A stretch of 64,000 nt of DNA, from the NCBI GenBank assembly GCA_008632985.1, contig QPGO01000088.1, positions 186,001 through 250,000 on the forward strand, read 5' to 3'. The notes under the pieces are model-generated. The model had not been told where the DNA came from, did not search any database, and saw nothing but the letters and a program-made list of their open reading frames with translations. Source of the stretch: Psammoneis japonica (taxonomy: Eukaryota). Made by a program: the position numbers and the translations under genes. Below are positions 38,500-52,080 of the stretch, one piece after another; positions within the stretch are counted from its first letter, which is position 1; each line of letters opens with the position of its first letter.

Positions 38500-41400
38500 T
38501 CCACAAAACATGTCTGCATGGAAAAAAGGCAGAGTTGAGTGACAGAGCCTGGTTGCATGGGCTGCTCGTGTGACATGATCCAAGACAGATGGAGTGGTGG
38601 CAATCTCTGCCATCTGCCCAAATGCAGCATTGCAGTTGGTGGGGAAAAGTTTGTGCTCATCCAGCAGCAAGACTCACACCAAGGAACTTGCTGAACAACC
38701 CTGAAACACCAGACTCCAGAATGCCAAGAGGCACAAGATGGTGCTGTGACCCTTGGTGCTGGGAGTGACTGGCTGCTGACCAGACATGAATGGCCAGCCC
38801 TTGGAGGACAAAACCATTGCCACTGGGGTGACCTCAAGGGAAGCTGCCACCACAGGGTGTGTGTGTGTGGGAGACCAAGCTGCAGCTGGGGGAGCCACTG
38901 GCAGAGATGGTGCTGTGGCTGCATCCAATGCTGGTCAGATGGCAACTGAACAGTGCACAGCTTGCTGAGGGAGGCAGGCCAGGCTGCCAGGTGCTGCAAA
39001 CCTGGTGAGTCGAACGCAGACCCCCCTGGCTGCAAACATTGGGCAGCCTTGCACCAAGATTGATGCAGGCTGGCTGCAGCCATCTGGTGTTGTGGCACAG
39101 TGTCTGCAGTTGGGTCAAAGGTTGGAGGTTGGAGGCACAGTGCACTTGGCAGCAGCTTGCAGTTGTTGGGTGGTGGAGGCAGGTGTGTGGAACCCCGGAG
39201 AGAAGCAGCAGCGCACATTGCCCAGAAATGAAGCATGAGCAGATGGGCCTGACTGAAAGGGGGGGATGAGGTGGCTGAGAGCTGCTGTGTGGCACAACAA
39301 GCTGCAAACTGCTGCACAAGACCATTGCCATCACTGTCTTCCCCTTTGCCATCACTGGCAATGTCCCCCATGCCAGTGAAGCCACAACCACCCATCTGAG
39401 CCTGCACATCCCTGTTGGTGACTGGTGAAGCAGAAGCAAGAAGGTTGTGGCCACTCCAAGCTGATGACCTTCAGCTGGCACTGCAGCAAAAAGAGGCAGT
39501 CAACCAATCCAAAAAGCAACAGATTCAGTGAAAAGCACTTGGGTGCCTAAAGCTCCCAAGCTGCAAGGGGGTGGTGGTGCCAGAGATCAAAACACTGCTC
39601 AGTTGGGTGTGTTTCAAAGCAGCTGTCCTCAAGGAATGTGCGTCCCCAGCCTTGCTCTCACTGTCAAGACATTGTGAGTGCAACCCTGCTTCAAGTTTGT
39701 TGAGAACACAACCCCAGCAGAGTTGAAAAGCAAGGTCATGATCCACCATTGCAACATCAGAAGAGGATGGAACAGTGGTTGTGGAGTCCTGCAGGAAGGG
39801 TTGCAACAATGAGGCTGCAGGCTGCACCTGAGGAATGAGGTCAATCAGAAATTCTGCTGGGAATGCGGACACTGCTGCAAAAAACAGCAGATGATCCTTC
39901 CAGGCTGCAAGCAACTGTGCTGAGTCCTTGCTCGTCACCTTGAGACTGGCCTGAAATTCTGTGAATGAGATGTGCTGCAACCAGATCTGTCCAGCCAGAA
40001 CCAGAAGGTTGAAGCAGGGAGGCATGGGGAAGATGCAGGGAAGGGCACACCAAAGCTTGGTGCCAGTTTGAAAATGCCCAACAAGGTGCTTGGAACTGGC
40101 AAATCCTCGCTGCAACACAATCTGCCAGAGCTGCCTTGCTCCAAAGAAGGGAGGCTGCTGGAGAGGCCGAGAGAGGACAAATGTCCACCACAGGAGAGCC
40201 ACCTGGGGTTGCTGGCCATGACAAAGCTCTGGATCCATCAAAGGGCCAGGCTGTGGCCATGTTGGCAAAGTGCATCAATGACACAGCAACCAGGCAAAAG
40301 AGAGAGAGGTGGGAATTGGCGTGTGGCATGCTGGAGCCAAAGTGTGCTCGTGCACCAGGCTTCTGGCAACTCAACCACTGCACCGGTCATGGTTGCACTG
40401 AGACTGGAAGCCACAGCAATGAATGGATCAGACCAGGTCACTGCTGTGTCTGCAGAAGCTGGGGCAGGATGCATGCTCAAGTGAGCAAGAGCAAGTGCCC
40501 TGTGCCACTGTCAAGGGATGCTTGAGCTGCACAACACATGGGTGGGTCATGCAGCTGAGCGCCATTGTCAGCAATGATGATTTGTGCATGAAGCGCTGCT
40601 GCAGTGTTGGCCAGACCTTTGGCTGTCACCAAAAGCCCCATGGCCATGGTGGCATCATTGGAGTCAAGGTCTGCACAAAGGCCACCCTGCTGTTTTGAAA
40701 TTTGAGCTGATCACGCGGGGACAGGAGTCCTCCAGGATGGCTGGAATTGGTCCTTCCAGGAGGAAGAAACCAGCAAGAAGGTGGAAAGAAGCCCATGACC
40801 ATGCTGTTCAGGGAAAGCGGTTGGTGCAGTGACCAATGCTGAAGGCAAAGCAGAGCCACCAACAGCGGCCCCATGAGTCATCATGGCCATGGCAATGACA
40901 GAGCCATGGACAGAGCAATGAAGGGAGAATGCTTTGCAAGTAAAAACTCACTCTCAACTCGTCAACATGCACAACACAATGTCAATGAAAGAAAAGACTG
41001 AGCTTGCTGCAGCTCAAGAGGTGCTTGCAGCTGTGTGTGCTGCTTTTGTGGCACTCTGAGATGCCACAGAAGTGGCAACATGACCCCCCCCCCCCGCTCA
41101 TGCAGCAGGAGGCACAGACCACTGTGCATCCTGTTGGTCTCTGATCTGCACCAGCAAACTTCCATTTGAGCAGTTGCACCAGCACAATGTGCAGTGTGAA
41201 GATCATTTCCGTTCAGTCAAAAAATGAGAATAAAAAACACATCCATCCACTTTTGCAATTTGCCATGAGCACACCTGTTGTGATGTTTGGCACCACCCAG
41301 TGCAGTCAGCACTCCTGCAGCCAGCAGCACCAGACCATGTGCCTCAAAACCACCACCCATGAGAACACACACTCATGAGAAAAATTGTGCAAAAGAGCTC

Positions 41401-44400
41401 ATTTTGTGGTTTGCCACAAGATCCAAAAAGGAAACATGTGCCAGCAACTGGATTTGGGGCTAATGAGCCACACCTGCTGCACATTTAAACTGATTTGATC
41501 ACTGTCAAAAGTTCTTCCATTTTCTCTAAACTCTCAACCAAAAACACAAACACAGGGAGCACAGCATCATTGGCAGCTGATCTGATGAATCAAAGAAGTG
41601 CCACCACAGCTTTCACTTTGCAACGGCAGGGCAACAAGGCACTCCCAATGAGTGCCTTGCAAGATTGTGACATTGTTTTGCTCTGCTCTTGCACAACAAA
41701 AATGTTGTGCAAAAATGCACAGCACAGTTTCTGAAATGCTCTTTCCTTGAAACTCTCAAGACTGGCCCTGGCCCAGTTCTGAAATCATGCACACCCACAT
41801 CTGCATGGTCAAGTGCATCCACAAAACATGAAGAGGTGCAAGTTGGCCACAGGGAATCCAAGTTTCTTTCCTCCTTGGCTGCACCCACATTCAACTGGTT
41901 TGCAAAGCCAAGCTGTTTCTTTGAGTGGTTGACAAGGAGATGTTTCTTGCTCAGCAGCAGTGGCATCAGATGAGAGAAAGAAGATGACTGTGTCAAGCTG
42001 CATTGTCAATGCATGTTGTGGGTGACACAACAACAAATGCTGATGCTGGCACCACTTGCTGGCTCAAGAGCTGGACACATGATGATGTGAGCAGCCAACA
42101 GAAGCTGTGCAATGGATGCTGCATCAATCTCTGTTGATGTGAGCAGCTTTCATTGCATTTGGAGTTGGTGGCTGCAACTCATTGTGCTCATTTTCATTGC
42201 AGCAGCATTGCTCAAAGCATTCAAAAAGGTGCAGCTGACAATGAAGCAGCAAGTCAAACGTCTGATGTGCCCTGTTGTTCGAGACATGCAGAAGAAAAGA
42301 CAGCTTTGCATTCTGGGCTTGTTTTGATTGAACAGCTAGAAGCAGTGCTGCAAATTGCCAGCTCCATTTGAAGCAACCAACATCTTCATTGGGCACCTTG
42401 AAGGACAACAACTGGTTTGTTTGGTGCAAGCCAAGATGACAGTGTCATTTTTGTCTCAGCTTGCCAAGGTCATGCTGTTGTGATGTGTGCTGTGGTGCAA
42501 CAAAAAATGCAGGGAGAAAATGTTAGATGCAAGAGATTCAATGGACATGATGAGACATTTCAAAATTTTTGAAAGCACCGGTGCAACAACACTCAATTTT
42601 AAAAATTTTGAATGCAGTGGAACACCAGAATTTGTGTGCCGCACTCATTTAACTGCTCCCCCAAAGTTTGTGCACTTCCACCACCTGTGCACAAATTGAA
42701 TTGTTGCTTGGTGGCAGGAAAAATCTTGGATGTTTCTCTGCAGGAAACTGTGCCTTTGATTGAGAAGAATCCTGAAAAACATCAGTGCTTGACATTGTCA
42801 TCAGATCTGAGACAGATGTTGGCTCCAGCATCACCTTCTTCCTGCTCCTGCTTTTGTGGCCTCTCTCTCCTGGCTTGAAGCAAACAACTCTTTCCCCTGC
42901 TGTCTTGCTGACCTGTTGCTGCCTCTCTGCCTTTGCCATGGTGTGCTTTGAGAAACAAAAAGCAAATGCTTGGTGTGAGGCACACAGGAGCCACAAGACG
43001 GCATCCACAACAAAAGACAATCACTTGATGGAATGCATCAAAATGTTGCTCTTTTCTCATTTCACTGCACTCTTCCACTGTGATGACCCACTTGTTGATC
43101 AAGAGTTTCCCAACTGGCCTGCCACTTGGGATTTTTGTTTTTTGCTGTTTGTGAGCCCCGCATGATTTTGCTTCAAAGCAGCAGCTGTGTTGAGAGAATT
43201 GGGAGCCATTTGCATTTTGGACAAAGACTTGCAGTCAACCATGTCAAGGAGACAATCCATGCTGCCAGATCAAGACTGTTGAAAAAACAGTTGATTGAAT
43301 CTTGTTGTGGGAAAGATTGGTCAAGATTGTCCTCATCGCAGTGCTTTGTTTTTGGTCTCAGCCATTGTCTTTTGCATCCTCAACTCCAAGGGTTCCTTTG
43401 ACAAAAAGGTTTGGTTGCTGCTCACAAACCCAATGGACAGCATGAAGAAATTGTGCCTCTGCAATTGATTGTTTGTTTGTTGCAATTTGAAGCCTGAGAA
43501 TGTCTTGCTGACCAAGGAGGAGTCTGCTGGCTCTCTCAACATCACGTTGTTTGAATTTGGTGGCTCAGCTTGCTTTGGAAGATGCGTGGCTCACACCTGC
43601 ATCATTGAAGCCTGAGAACATCTTGCTGACCAAGAAGGAGTCTGGCTCAAGCAACCTCAAGTCAATTGACATTAGTTGGCTTGCTTTGAAGGACACACAG
43701 CTCATGTCTACACTCGATCTCTGTTTTGCCACAGCCCAGAAGTTTTTCTGCTGCTCCATGGTCCATGGCTCCTGTGCATGGTGGGCTGACTCTGGCTGCT
43801 GTTGACATGCGGTCCATGGATGCAGCGTGGTGCAGCAGAGCTGTCACTCAAATTGCCTGCAAACCTGGTGCTCATGAGCACAACCTGCTGAGGTGAAATT
43901 GTGAAACAAATGGGCCCATTCCAGACAAAATGCTCAGAGAAGGGCAGGTGTCATTCTTTGTGCTTTGCACTTTTGTTGAGTGGAGCACATGCACTTGATT
44001 TTGCTCCCCACTTGTTTTTGTTCAGTGCCAAATTGTCCAAGCACTTTTTTAAACTCATTTCCAAGTCAAGCACTGCCTCAACTCTGACATCTTTGTCTCC
44101 ACCAAAGCCATCATGGTGCATGAAGACACAGCAAAAAGAGCATCTCAATGGCCTCTCAGAAGAAGAAATCCAAAAGACAGATGGGCTGCAGAAGCCAGAG
44201 AAGCAACCAACCAATCAACAATGCATGCCATCTGCAGCCACACAGCTGGGTGATCATCACAAAGCTCTCATGTTGCACCCAGTTGCTTCACTTGAATGAG
44301 GTTTTTGCTGTCAAGGTCCAGTGTTGCATTTGTTTGCTTGTTCACATTTGGCTGACAAATTTGTTGGCTGAAACAGAACTCCTTCTTGACCACTCCAAAG

Positions 44401-45830
44401 ATGGATCTTCTTGAGCTTGACTGCGCAGCATCCAGAACAAGAACTTGCAAGCTTTTCTGGACTGACTGTTGGAAGAACCATTCTCCACTCTTTTTTGACA
44501 CTCACATGCTGCCACTGACAGTGCTGGTTTGCTTGATTGTTTCAGATGCCAGTTGTTCAATGCTCCAGAAGAGACACTCTGACACTTGCAGCGGTGGTGC
44601 TGCATTGGCTGTTTTCTGTTTTTTGTTTTTCAGCAATCTTGATCTGCAGGCCTGATGCTCTGCAGCACACTCACCAATCCATCTTGAGCACCAGAACCTG
44701 ACACATGTGATGCCAAATCCAACAACCCATTCAATTCTGCCTTGCATGCAAGAAGTTTGTTCAGTGCTTGTCTCTTCTTTCTCATTCTCTTCAGCCACCA
44801 GTGCTGCTGCATTTTTTGACTTGAAAATTGGTGCAAGTGCTGATGATGATCAACAACAGGTTTCAGAGGTGGCCCAGATCTGGTGTTCTCTCATGCCAGC
44901 ATGCATTCTGTCTGGCACAAACCAGCTCTGAGACAGCGGCCTTCTCACACTTCATTTGTGACAAATCATTGCATGAATGGGGGGGCCCAGAAATGTGCCT
45001 TTTGCACCAACACTTTGCTGCCACAGCTTCAACTTGAGTGCTGAAAAGACAAGTGGTGCTTGTGCACAACATGCTGACATTTGAAATGCCTGGACAAAAA
45101 ACCAATGCAAAACCACAGACAAACTTCTCCACTTGCTGCAACAGCCAAAAGTCAGCCTTTGCAAACACCCCTGCATCAGCATGTCCATGGTCCGCACATT
45201 GTCCGCATTGCACGAAACCGCAAGAACATTGTTCTGTGCTGCTCCTGGCAATCAACCAAGGCAGTCATTTGACACCTGACTTGACCCAACAGGTCAAAGC
45301 ACACTTCAATGATTGTGTCGGGCAGTTTCACAGTGTCAAACAACCTGAGATGGCTTTCACCACAAGACAAACCCCGGCAAGAGGCACACATTTTTGGTCA
45401 TGAAAATTGCCACGTTGTAGAAAAGTGCAACACAGTTTTCATTGGAATTGATGTGGAATTCCACAGGGATGCAGTTTGGAGCACCATCATTTGAACAATG
45501 ATGTTCATGCCGAGTGAGGCATTTGACGTGCTGGCTCCAATTTCACGCATCACTGCCTTGTGGTGGTGAGTGGCCACCACAGGAGCTCCAGCTCAAAAGC
45601 TTGAGAGCTCATTTTCTGCCCCGCAACCACCAGCCATTTGTGCAACAAAGAGCATGGCTGGGAGCAAGGTGGAGAGGAGTGCATTTCACTCAATCGTTGC
45701 CAAAAGAAAGCGACGCAAATTTTTGGGCAAGCACTTCAACACAAGCTTTGTGACAGAGCACACCAATTGAAATGCAGGTGCACACAATCCTGCTCCATCA
45801 GTGCAGCATGTTGACCCCTGTTTTCTTCAT
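38500..45830. mobile_element. heavily mutated repeat/relic block, unclassifiable
   Basis: TpA and CpG both nearly absent, TG/CA saturated, no intact ORF or termini recognised; TE origin inferred from composition only. Confidence 0.5.
43481..43670 (+). pseudogene. two tandem protein-kinase subdomain VIb-VII fragments
   Basis: CNLKPENVLLTKEESAGSLNITLFEFG and LKPENILLTKKESGSSNLKSID resemble RDLKPENILL...DFG. Confidence 0.6.
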
Positions 45831-46256
45831 TCATTAGACATCTTTCTCAAATGTGCGGACATCTGCGATTTTTGCCAACCATCGCTCGAACACAACCGGT
45901 CTCAAGAAAAAAGCCATGTTTGAGTTTGTCGTATTTATTCCGATCTGTATACATTTCAATGAATCCAGTGACGACGTTGAATTTAAAAAGTAGCTCATAA
46001 CCTAGTTCAATTCGAACCACCACATTTTGTGGACTCTGATTGGCTGTTGCTCGTCGAGCCTTCTCATCCAAGCTTCTGTTACGTAGATTCACGTAGATAA
46101 TGTACCAGCGTTGGTTCCGCGTGTTATTTGCGCTCAACGTGCCGATCCGCAAAATCTGGCTGGTGTCAAAAGATCGTCTCACACATCCTGCTGAATTCCT
46201 TCCCATTGTTCTGCCAATCCACTTTTAGCTTCTTGTCGTTTGTGTTTTGCTCAACC

Positions 46257-49200
46257 ATGCGTTTCGAGACGTTGCTGTTCACTGGCCTCGTGGCATGGTT
46301 GGGAAACCATTGTGTGACGGCGTTTGCTCCAGCCACTGTCTCTAAGTTGAGCAAGGCTACCAATAAAAGATTCGCAAATAGCAGAATTCTGTATCCACTT
46401 TCTTCGGCAGTGGAAGATTTCACCACTGAAGATAAGCCCTCCACTTCTTCTCCAGTCTCACCCGTGTCCATCTCCAAAGTTTTGGATTTGACAAAGCCGA
46501 TTCCATACGAAGAACTGACGATTGGTGTCGTAAAGGAAACATTCAAGGGGGAAAATCGTGTCTCGGCTACTCCAGAAAGTATCGCTCCTCTCGTCAAGGG
46601 TGGATTCAAAGTTATTGTCCAGAAGGGAGGTGCGTATTATAAGTGTAGAGGCTGATTTGCATGTCACTGTATGATTTGCTTTCATCATAATTTCATAATA
46701 TGCGTCTCGCTCATCCTTTTTCTGTATGATACTGGCAACTGGCATGCACAGCTGGAGAAAAGGCTTCCTTTGGCGACGAGGCATATGAAGAAGCCGGTGC
46801 TACGATTGTTTCCGCCGAACAGCTCTATGCGCAAGCAGACATTATTACTCGAATCCGTCCTCCCGAGGGTGACGACATTGCCAAACTTACAGGCAAAACT
46901 CTAGTGGGTATGGTTTCTCCGGCGCTCAATCCAGAACTCTACGAGCAATTGACCAAACAAAATACCAATGTGTTGGCTTTGGATTGCGTACCACGCATGT
47001 TGAGTCGGGCTCAGGCCTTTGACGTTCTTTCGTCTCAAACAAATATTGCTGGATACCGTGCAGTGATTGAGGCGGCAGAGCAATTTCCACGATTCTTTGC
47101 CGGGCAAATGACGGCTGCTGGCAAGGTGCCTCCGGCCAAGGTTCTAGTGGTGAGTTTGCATTATTCTTTTAGTGTTTGAAACTGTCTTTTTCTCGATACT
47201 CATGCCTTGTCTACTTCATGGCTCGTTTTTAAAAAAGCTTGGAGTTGGTGTCGCTGGACTTGCCGCCATTCAGACGGCAAAAAACATGGGCGCAATTGTA
47301 AGGGCCTTTGATGTGAGACCAGTAACCAAGGAGCAGGTGGAATCCATGGGCGCCACGTTCCTTGAAGTGGACTACGAAGAAGACGGAAGTGGTCAAGGAG
47401 GATACGCCAAGGAAATGTCGGATGGTTTCAAAAAGGCACAAGCGGCCATGATGCTTCAGCAAGCCAAGGAGTGCGATATCATCATTACCACGGCTCTCAT
47501 TCCCGGACGCAAGGCACCCACCTTGGTGGATCAAGAAATGCTTAGCGTGATGAAGCCTGGTTCTGTTTGTGTCGATTTGGCCGCTGCCAATGGTGGAAAT
47601 GTGATGCAGACTGTTCCGGACGAAGTTATCGAGACTGATAATGGTGTCAAGATTATTGGTTACACCGACTTGCCATCGCGATTGGCATCCACGGCGAGTA
47701 ACCTGGTGAGTTTTCATCTCTTTTTTTTTCATCGTGCCTGTCGCTAGTTCTCCTCAGCTTCAACTGACAGCCTCTACTTTTGCGCTCGCACACCAGTTTG
47801 GAAACAATATTGCCAAGTTTGTACTCAGTATCGGACCTCAGACTACCAAGGAAAAGGGTTTCTTCCAGATTGATATGGAAGATGACGCAGTGCAGAACAT
47901 GTTGATCTCCTACAATGGAGAAGCCCGTTGGCCGGACAAGATCACTCCGTACCAACTTCCACCTCCGCCACCATCGGAAGCCAAGGAAGAGGAAGAAATG
48001 ACCGAGGAAGAAATCATGGCTCTTGCGGATGCCAAGCAAAAGGATGTATTTGTCAAAAACACGGGAATTGCGTCACTCTTGGCTGCTGCCCTCCTTGCCT
48101 TTGGATTTACCACGGACTCTCCCGAGGCCGTCTCCTTGATGTCTACCTTTGCCCTTGCCGGGCTTGCCGGTTACCAGGTTGTTTGGGGTGTAGCACCAGC
48201 TCTTCATTCCCCCTTGATGGCTGTAACGAATGCCATTTCTGGAATGACCGCTATTGGTGGAATGATTCTGCTTGGGCACAATGTCGAAGCGGGTGCTGGA
48301 CTGATTCCAAACTCCCCGTCGCATTGGATGGGAGCAATTGCCACGGCCCTTTCTTTTGTCAACATTGCTGGTGGATTCCTTGTTTCTGGAAAGATGCTCG
48401 ACCTTTTCCGACGCCCAACGGATCCCAAGGAGTACTTTGAGCTTTACGGCATCCCCGCGTCTCTCCTTATTGCCGGTATAGCAGCATCTGCCTTTTTGGG
48501 TATCGGAGACTTGTCCAGTGTTTCTGGCTCCGTTGCGATTGCTTCCTCTATTTGCTGTATTGCTGCAATTGCAGGTCTTGCCAACCAAGAAACCGCCAGG
48601 ACAGGAAACGTTTTGGGAATGGCTGGTGTGGCCTTTGGTCTCGCCTCAACCACGGCTGATATGTCCATTGCTGGGGCTGGTACTGCTGCCTTTGAACAGG
48701 TTGGCTTGTTGGGTGGACTTGGAGCGGGTGTCGGTGCTGTAGTGGCGTCGGGTGTCGGGCCAACTGAACTGCCTCAAACCGTTGCCGCATTCCACTCTTT
48801 GGTTGGTTTGGCTGCAATGGCTGGCGCCGCTGGTGAATACTTTGGAAGTTCTGGTGACCTTTCTGCCGGAACACTTACAGCCATTTACCTTGCGATCTTT
48901 ATTGGTGGTATTACCGCTACAGGTTCGATGATTGCCTACGGAAAGCTTGCAGCGTTGCTCGATTCCAAGGCCCTTAGTTTACCAGGAAGGGATGCACTCA
49001 ATGTCGGTATGCTGTCGGTTTGTGCTCTGGGCATGGCTGCATTCCTCAATCCTGATCTGGCCACTAGCGTTACCAGCATGGACCCAGAAACTCTGAGACT
49101 CGCCAGTCTCGGGGTGGTTGGAGTTGTTTCCTCTCTTCTTGGACTTCACTTAACGGCCAGTATTGGCGGAGCTGATATGCCTGTCGTTATTACTGTTCTT

Positions 49201-50108
49201 AATTCATACTCTGGATGGGCATTGTGCGCTGAAGGATTCCTTCTCAACTATCCTCTTCTTGCACAAGTCGGTGCCCTGATTGGCTTTTCTGGAGCTATTC
49301 TAACTTGGATTATGTGTGAAGGTGCGTTGAATGAATTTGAAATGTTCGGTGCGCTCTGAGACGCCTCGCTTAACTGCTTCCTCCTTGTGTTGTACCTACT
49401 CGTAGCTATGGGAAGAGATGTCGTGTCTGTCATTCTTGGTGGTGCAGGAACTGAAGCCCCCTCTGGTGGTGAGAGCACAATGGAGATCGAGGGTGAGATC
49501 ACCACCACCAGTGTGGATCATGTTGTTGAGGCTTTGCTTGAAGCCAAGAGCATCATGATTGTGCCGGGCTATGGTTTGGCGGTTGCTCAGGCTCAGTTTG
49601 CTATTGCGGATGTAGCGGCGAAGCTCAAAGAAATGGGCAAGGACGTTCGATTCGGGTGAGTTGGTACTTATTTTTGGACCCTTTTATCGTGTCGTTCTTT
49701 TGTAACTGAACATAGGCATTGTTCGTTCTCTGTAGTATTCACCCGGTTGCAGGACGGATGCCAGGACAGCTGAACGTCCTTCTCGCGGAAGCGAGCGTTC
49801 CGTACGATATTGTGTTTGAGATGGAAGAAATCAACGAGGATTGGGATGACGTTGATATTACACTTGTCATTGGCGCAAGTGACACTGTCAGCAGTGCAGC
49901 GGAAGATGACCCCAACTGCAGCATTTACGGCATGCCAGTCATTCGCGTCTGGAAGAGTGGGCAAGTGTATGTTCTCAAGAGATCGATTGGAAATGCGGGA
50001 TACACCGGGATGCAGAACCCAATATTGTTCAAGGACAATACTGACATTCTTCTCGGAGACGCCAAGGATACATGCGAAGCTCTCCGATCCGCCATTTCCA
50101 GTGCGTGA
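46257..50108 (+). CDS. NNT: proton-translocating NAD(P) transhydrogenase (alpha-beta fusion) with bipartite plastid-type presequence; 6 exons
   Basis: [70 protein letters not shown]; in-frame introns 46630-46751, 47150-47237, 47706-47796, 49322-49405, 49656-49735. Confidence 0.96.
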
Positions 50109-50166
50109 GAACCTATCGCTGCTTTTTTAAAGAGCCTCATGGACCGTTAGACTCTAGACGTAGTAC

Positions 50167-50331
50167 GTATGGTGATGACTGATAGAACATTATTTGTCTT
50201 ATACTGTAAAGTCTATGTAGCACTATGGAAGGGCTAAAGAGCGTGTGGTTGTATGGTAATGACTGATAGAACATTTGTCTTACACTGTAAAGTCTATGTA
50301 GCACTATGAAAGGGCTAATGAGCATGTTGTT
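50167..50331. repeat. two tandem ~83-bp copies between convergent 3' ends
   Basis: GTATGGT.ATGACTGATAGAACATT...CTGTAAAGTCTATGTAGCACTATG repeated at 50167 and 50251. Confidence 0.9.
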
Positions 50332-51551
50332 TTAAAGATCCCCGAGCGTCGAACCGCCCATGCTCGCCATGGGGTTCTCTGCCTCAGCTTGTGCTTTCCT
50401 GGCAGCTTCTTCGGGATCAGCCCCCATGGGAAGAGATGGAACAAGCACAACGTTGCGGAAGTCAATCTCTGATTCCTTCTGCATCATGTCGACCAAGTCG
50501 TGCAGAGACAACAGGTTGATGGCTGGTTCTGTACCCTGTACTTCGGCTGGAGCCTGTGACATGAATTGTTGCCATGTTCCTACCATACTTTGCAAGCTAA
50601 AATACATGGGAAGAAGCGTCTCGGGTTCACCGGACTCGCCTTCGGTCTGCTGTCTCTGCATGCGCATTTGAGCAATCATAAAAACAGGCACTTCATTGTA
50701 GGTGGCATTAAACTTGGGAGATTCAGTCATGGCCTTTTTGATGGCAGCCTGGGCGATCTCTTGCGTCATCTCTTCGCCGTTTTTGAGCTTCTCGCCGTCT
50801 TCCGGGTTCATGGTGAGTAGCATTCTTGCTCCAAGAAGGTCGCGCGTGTCGGGAACAATTCGGTACTCAATGCTTCTCGATACTTCCTCAGCTCCGTCTT
50901 CGCCGGGTGATTTGAGCTGCAAACAAAAAGGAAATGAGAAAAGAGAACTTCTCCGAAACACCATGACAAAGCCATTCGTATAACTCACTGTAACACCCTG
51001 CGGATCGTCGTTGTTCAGCATTTTGAACCAGATTTTGCCAAGAGAAAAAGCGGAAACCCGAAGGTTCATGTCACCTGACGCACCCGACTCCTTGAGTTGA
51101 TGGAGCGTAGCATTCGCCATCTGAGGAGACATGAAAAAGTAAAAAACGCTGCTATCCGGTTCAGGTTTGAGCACAACACCAGCGCCGTTCGCGTCAGTGA
51201 CGGCAAAAACGGGGATGTTCGCTAGCCATTCTTCGACTTCTTCCTGACTGAGAGCCGGGTACATTTTCCGCTCAACAGAAACACCATCCTTTTCATCCGC
51301 TCTATTTTAAGAATTCAAAACGATTAGTATGTGAATATCGAAATGATGAGAGGATCACGTGTCACAATACGCACACAATCAATCCGAAGGAGAGAAAAAA
51401 CTCACTGCTTGTTCTTGCCGCCAAACAAAGCGCCTCCGCGACCGATACCAAAAAGAGCCGACTGCGAAATGGCTCGAGTGAAAGCAGTTGATGCCGATGC
51501 AGAGGATGTTCCCGCAAGAAGGAGGAAGATAGAGAGCAGCGTTCGCATCAT
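50332..51551 (-). CDS. TIC22: Tic22-family plastid import chaperone; 3 exons
   Basis: Signal peptide MMRTLLSIFLLLAG; L..IPVFAVTD and VPVF / LPMYFS repeats typical of Tic22; introns 51405-51302 and 50988-50917. Confidence 0.75.
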
Positions 51552-52080
51552 CTTCAAGCCCGTTTCGCAGTGATTTGTGATTTTTGTGGTCGTGTCGCGC
51601 CGCGAGGATGATTCAAGTCGCAGTACAGAAACAGCGTAGAAATCTACGGAGAGAGGCAGTGTAATTTCCACGCGGAACACGACGGGGTGTGCTCCACTTG
51701 GCATTGAACTCAATAGCGGCGGAGGAGCTATGAGCCGGATCGCGACGGATGACGACGGCCAAAGCGAGTATTCTACTGTAGGGCCTCTAGCTTCCTAACA
51801 TTTTCCCTTTCATGGCTTTACTGGATTTTACGCCTTTCTATTTACAGTGACATACTTTCTAAGGAGATTATTCTATCAAAAGCACAAACACGTCTCGCTC
51901 TCTACAGTTTGAGGCATTTTCTTGTCCGTCTAACTAGAAGTTGGTAACTTAGAGAGTATTTCTTGAGATTTGAAGCTTCATTATAGTGTCCTTGTAGACT
52001 TTTTTCATTATACGTATACCGATCCTTTTTCAGAAAAGGATCTTTGTAGCAACATCGGACAGCGATACAAGAAACATTTA

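Noticed and set aside
45398..45580. hAT transposase-like SLWNST motif
   Set aside because: A single short motif in saturated sequence with no other supporting hAT motif or TIR.
13000..45800. Hundreds of short Cys/His/Gln-rich ORFs on both strands
   Set aside because: Loss of TpA removes TAA/TAG stops and enriches TGY/CAY codons; these are by-products, not metal-binding peptides.
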